This document shows, one piece after another, positions 61,864-64,000 of a stretch of 64,000 nt of DNA. This stretch comes from Vulcanimicrobiota bacterium. Lineage in GTDB: Bacteria; Vulcanimicrobiota; Vulcanimicrobiia; Vulcanimicrobiales; Vulcanimicrobiaceae. The notes below the pieces were generated by a model, which worked only from the letters and a program-made list of their open reading frames with translations, did no database searches and was not told where the DNA came from. Where the stretch lies: NCBI GenBank assembly GCA_963795855.1, contig CAWCIZ010000003.1:768001-832000 (forward strand). Reading direction: 5' to 3'. The translations under genes were made by a program, and so were the position numbers. Each line of letters opens with the position of its first letter. Position 1 is the stretch's first letter.

Positions 61864-63882
61864 ATGAATCGCGCTTCGACCTATGCTTTTGCGGCGCTGT
61901 TGCTGTGCATCGTGGCGATTCTCATCGTGCCGCTCCCGCCGTTTCTGCTCGACGTGCTGCTGGGCGTGAATGTCTTCACGTCGGCGCTGGTGTTGCTGCT
62001 GAGCGTGACGATCGAGGAGCCGCTCCAATTTTCCGCATTCGCTCCAGCCCTGCTCATCGCGACGCTTTTCCGATTGTCGCTAGACGTGTCGGCGACACGG
62101 CTGATTCTTACGCAAGGCCATATCCCGGGTGGGGCGGGCGCGATTATCCCGGCGTTCGGCGAGTTCGTCGTGCGCGGAAATCTGGTCGTCGGGCTCATCG
62201 TCTTTGCGATTCTCGTCACGATTCAGTTCATCGTCATTGCGAGCGGATCCCAGCGCGTCGCGGAGGTCGCGGCGCGCTTCACGCTCGACGCAATGCCCGG
62301 AAAGCAGATGGCGATCGATGCGGACGTCCACGCAGGCGTGCTCGATGCGGACGGTGCGCGCCGCAAGCGCGAACGCGTTCAGAAAGAAGCGGATTTCTAC
62401 GGCGCGATGGACGGCGCCGGAAAGTTCGTCAAGGGCGACGCAATCGCGGCGCTCATCATCGTGGTGCTCAACCTCACGGGCGGTGTCGCCGTCGGCGTAT
62501 TCTACCACGGCATGTCCGCCGTCGACGCGCTGCAAACGTTCGCGCTGCTCTCCATCGGAAACGCGCTCGTGACGACGCTTCCCGCGTTCCTGATCTCCAC
62601 GGCAATGGGTATGATGGTCACTCGCGTCGCCGCGGACGGTTCGCTGGGATCGGATCTGGCGTCACAACTGTTTGCGCGTCCGGAGATACTGCGTGCGGCG
62701 GGCGCGCTGCTGCTCGCGCTTGCCGCCGTTCCGGCTTTGCCGCGCCCGGTTTTCATCGTGCTGGGATTGAGCGCGTTTGCGGGTGCACATGCAGCGCAAA
62801 AACGCAAGTCGTTTACGGCGGCGCTCGCGCAGCACGAACGAGACGCTGCTAAGCGTCAAGCGATCCGCCGTCCGGAGATGGCGCTCGGGCTCGTCGGCGT
62901 CGACGCGGTCTGCATCGAAATCGGCTCTAATCTCGCGCACTTGCTTGCATCGCCGCTGGCGGACGCGCTGCTCGACCGCATCGGCGAAGTCCGCCGCGCA
63001 CTTGCAGCGGAGATCGGCATCGTGCTTCCGGGCGTGCGTCTGCGCGACGATTTGACGCGCGATCCGAACACGTATGCGATTCGCGTGCGCGACGAACTCG
63101 CCGGCGAGGGCACATTGCAACTCGATCGTATGATCGCCGTTGCGGAAGACCCAATCCTGGAGCAGATCGACGGCGAAGCGGCCTTCGAGCCCGTCTACGG
63201 ATTGCCCGCGAAATGGATCGATCCCGCGCAGCGCGAGCGCGCGTTGGAACGCGGCGCGCTCGTTTTCGACGCGATCTCGATCGTCGGATCGCACTTGGCA
63301 GAAGCCGCGCGCTCGCACGCCGGCGCGTTGCTTGGGCGTCAGGAACTTCAAACGCTGCTCGAACATTTGCGCGCGACCGTGCCGACTGTCGTGAAAGAGA
63401 TCGGAACGGAAGCGCTGCCGCTTTCCGCCGTGCAGAAGGCGTTTGCGCTCTTGCTCCGCGAGCGGATCTGGCCGCGGGATCCCGTCGCGGTCCTCGAGGC
63501 AATGATCGAAGCGGCGCCGGCGAGCCGCGATCCGCGGGATCTCGCCGAGGCGGCTCGGCGCGCGGTCGTCCCCACGCTGCTGCGGCGGCGCGGGGTCGAC
63601 GAACTCGAACCCTTGCTGCTCGATCCCCAGTTCGAGCGGAGCCTCGGCGATTCGCTGGACCCGCAGCTGGCCTCGCGCCTGCGAGACCATGCGCAAGTCT
63701 ACCTCGCGCAGATGCCGCCGAGCCGCGCTGCGCTGGTTTGCACGACGGCGGTGCGGCCGCTCATCGCCGACTTTCTGCTGCGTTCGGGGGTCAGGCTGGC
63801 GGTATACAGTTATGGCGAAATCCCCGCAGAAACTCGCCTGACCCCCGCGAGTATCCTTAAGGAAGAATCGTTGGCGGCTTAG
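61864..63882 (+). CDS. flhA: Export apparatus protein FlhA/SctV
   Basis: RVAEVAARFTLDAMPGKQMAIDAD, FYGAMDGAGKFVKGDAIA. Confidence 0.95.
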   Translation: MNRASTYAFAALLLCIVAILIVPLPPFLLDVLLGVNVFTSALVLLLSVTIEEPLQFSAFAPALLIATLFRLSLDVSATRLILTQGHIPGGAGAIIPAFGEFVVRGNLVVGLIVFAILVTIQFIVIASGSQRVAEVAARFTLDAMPGKQMAIDADVHAGVLDADGARRKRERVQKEADFYGAMDGAGKFVKGDAIAALIIVVLNLTGGVAVGVFYHGMSAVDALQTFALLSIGNALVTTLPAFLISTAMGMMVTRVAADGSLGSDLASQLFARPEILRAAGALLLALAAVPALPRPVFIVLGLSAFAGAHAAQKRKSFTAALAQHERDAAKRQAIRRPEMALGLVGVDAVCIEIGSNLAHLLASPLADALLDRIGEVRRALAAEIGIVLPGVRLRDDLTRDPNTYAIRVRDELAGEGTLQLDRMIAVAEDPILEQIDGEAAFEPVYGLPAKWIDPAQRERALERGALVFDAISIVGSHLAEAARSHAGALLGRQELQTLLEHLRATVPTVVKEIGTEALPLSAVQKAFALLLRERIWPRDPVAVLEAMIEAAPASRDPRDLAEAARRAVVPTLLRRRGVDELEPLLLDPQFERSLGDSLDPQLASRLRDHAQVYLAQMPPSRAALVCTTAVRPLIADFLLRSGVRLAVYSYGEIPAETRLTPASILKEESLAA

Positions 63883-63902
63883 CGAACACCCCGCAGGCCC
63901 AT

Positions 63903-63931
63903 TTGACCGTCCCGTCCGGGACTGTTAGACT
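63903..63931 (+). promoter_or_regulatory. Sigma70-type promoter for the next gene (mostly outside window)
   Basis: TTGACC-N17-TAGACT, same hexamers as the rplM promoter. Confidence 0.6.
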
Positions 63932-64000
63932 TCTAGGGTTTGGCCCGTCCTTGTGGCGGGTGCTGCTTTTTTCCGCGGTACACATGAGCTGGAATAGATA

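Noticed and set aside
49715..63882. Classical injectisome (non-flagellar T3SS) assignment
   Set aside because: Components are flagellar-type (FlgC, FliE, FliF, FliN) and no secretin, SctD/J, needle or translocon genes were recognised.

Overview
GC-rich bacterial chromosomal segment from a diderm organism. It encodes TonB-dependent receptor-like proteins and a beta-barrel, yet carries Gram-positive-type LexA boxes; this mix suggests Vulcanimicrobiota/Eremiobacterota (inference only). Contents in order: a PLP aminotransferase; an ECF sigma/anti-sigma operon; nucleotide-sugar genes (rfbD, UXS-like, gmd, rmd); B12-dependent lysine 5,6-aminomutase (kamDE); thiolase-hbd-acyl-CoA dehydrogenase-sucCD; two tandem giant TBDR-like genes; a nucleotidyltransferase pair; lexA/yneA-like with three SOS boxes; panC-coaBC-coaX-dusB; a four-gene aminotransferase/START/acyl-ACP-reductase-like cluster; greA-lysS; an unannotated 52-aa metallothionein; truA, folA, thyA, rplM-rpsI. 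The last 14 kb is a strongly miniaturised flagellar-type (T3SS) export/basal-body cluster with a FliF-FliG(M) fusion, a short FliK-like ruler, signal-less FliP, an embedded lytic transglycosylase and twin aspartyl protease, and metF inserted between fliP and fliQ. That cluster and the possible fatty-amine cluster are the best candidates for undescribed systems. About 15 single-base frameshifts in conserved genes are most likely sequencing/assembly indels. All calls are from motif recognition by eye; no database searches were run.
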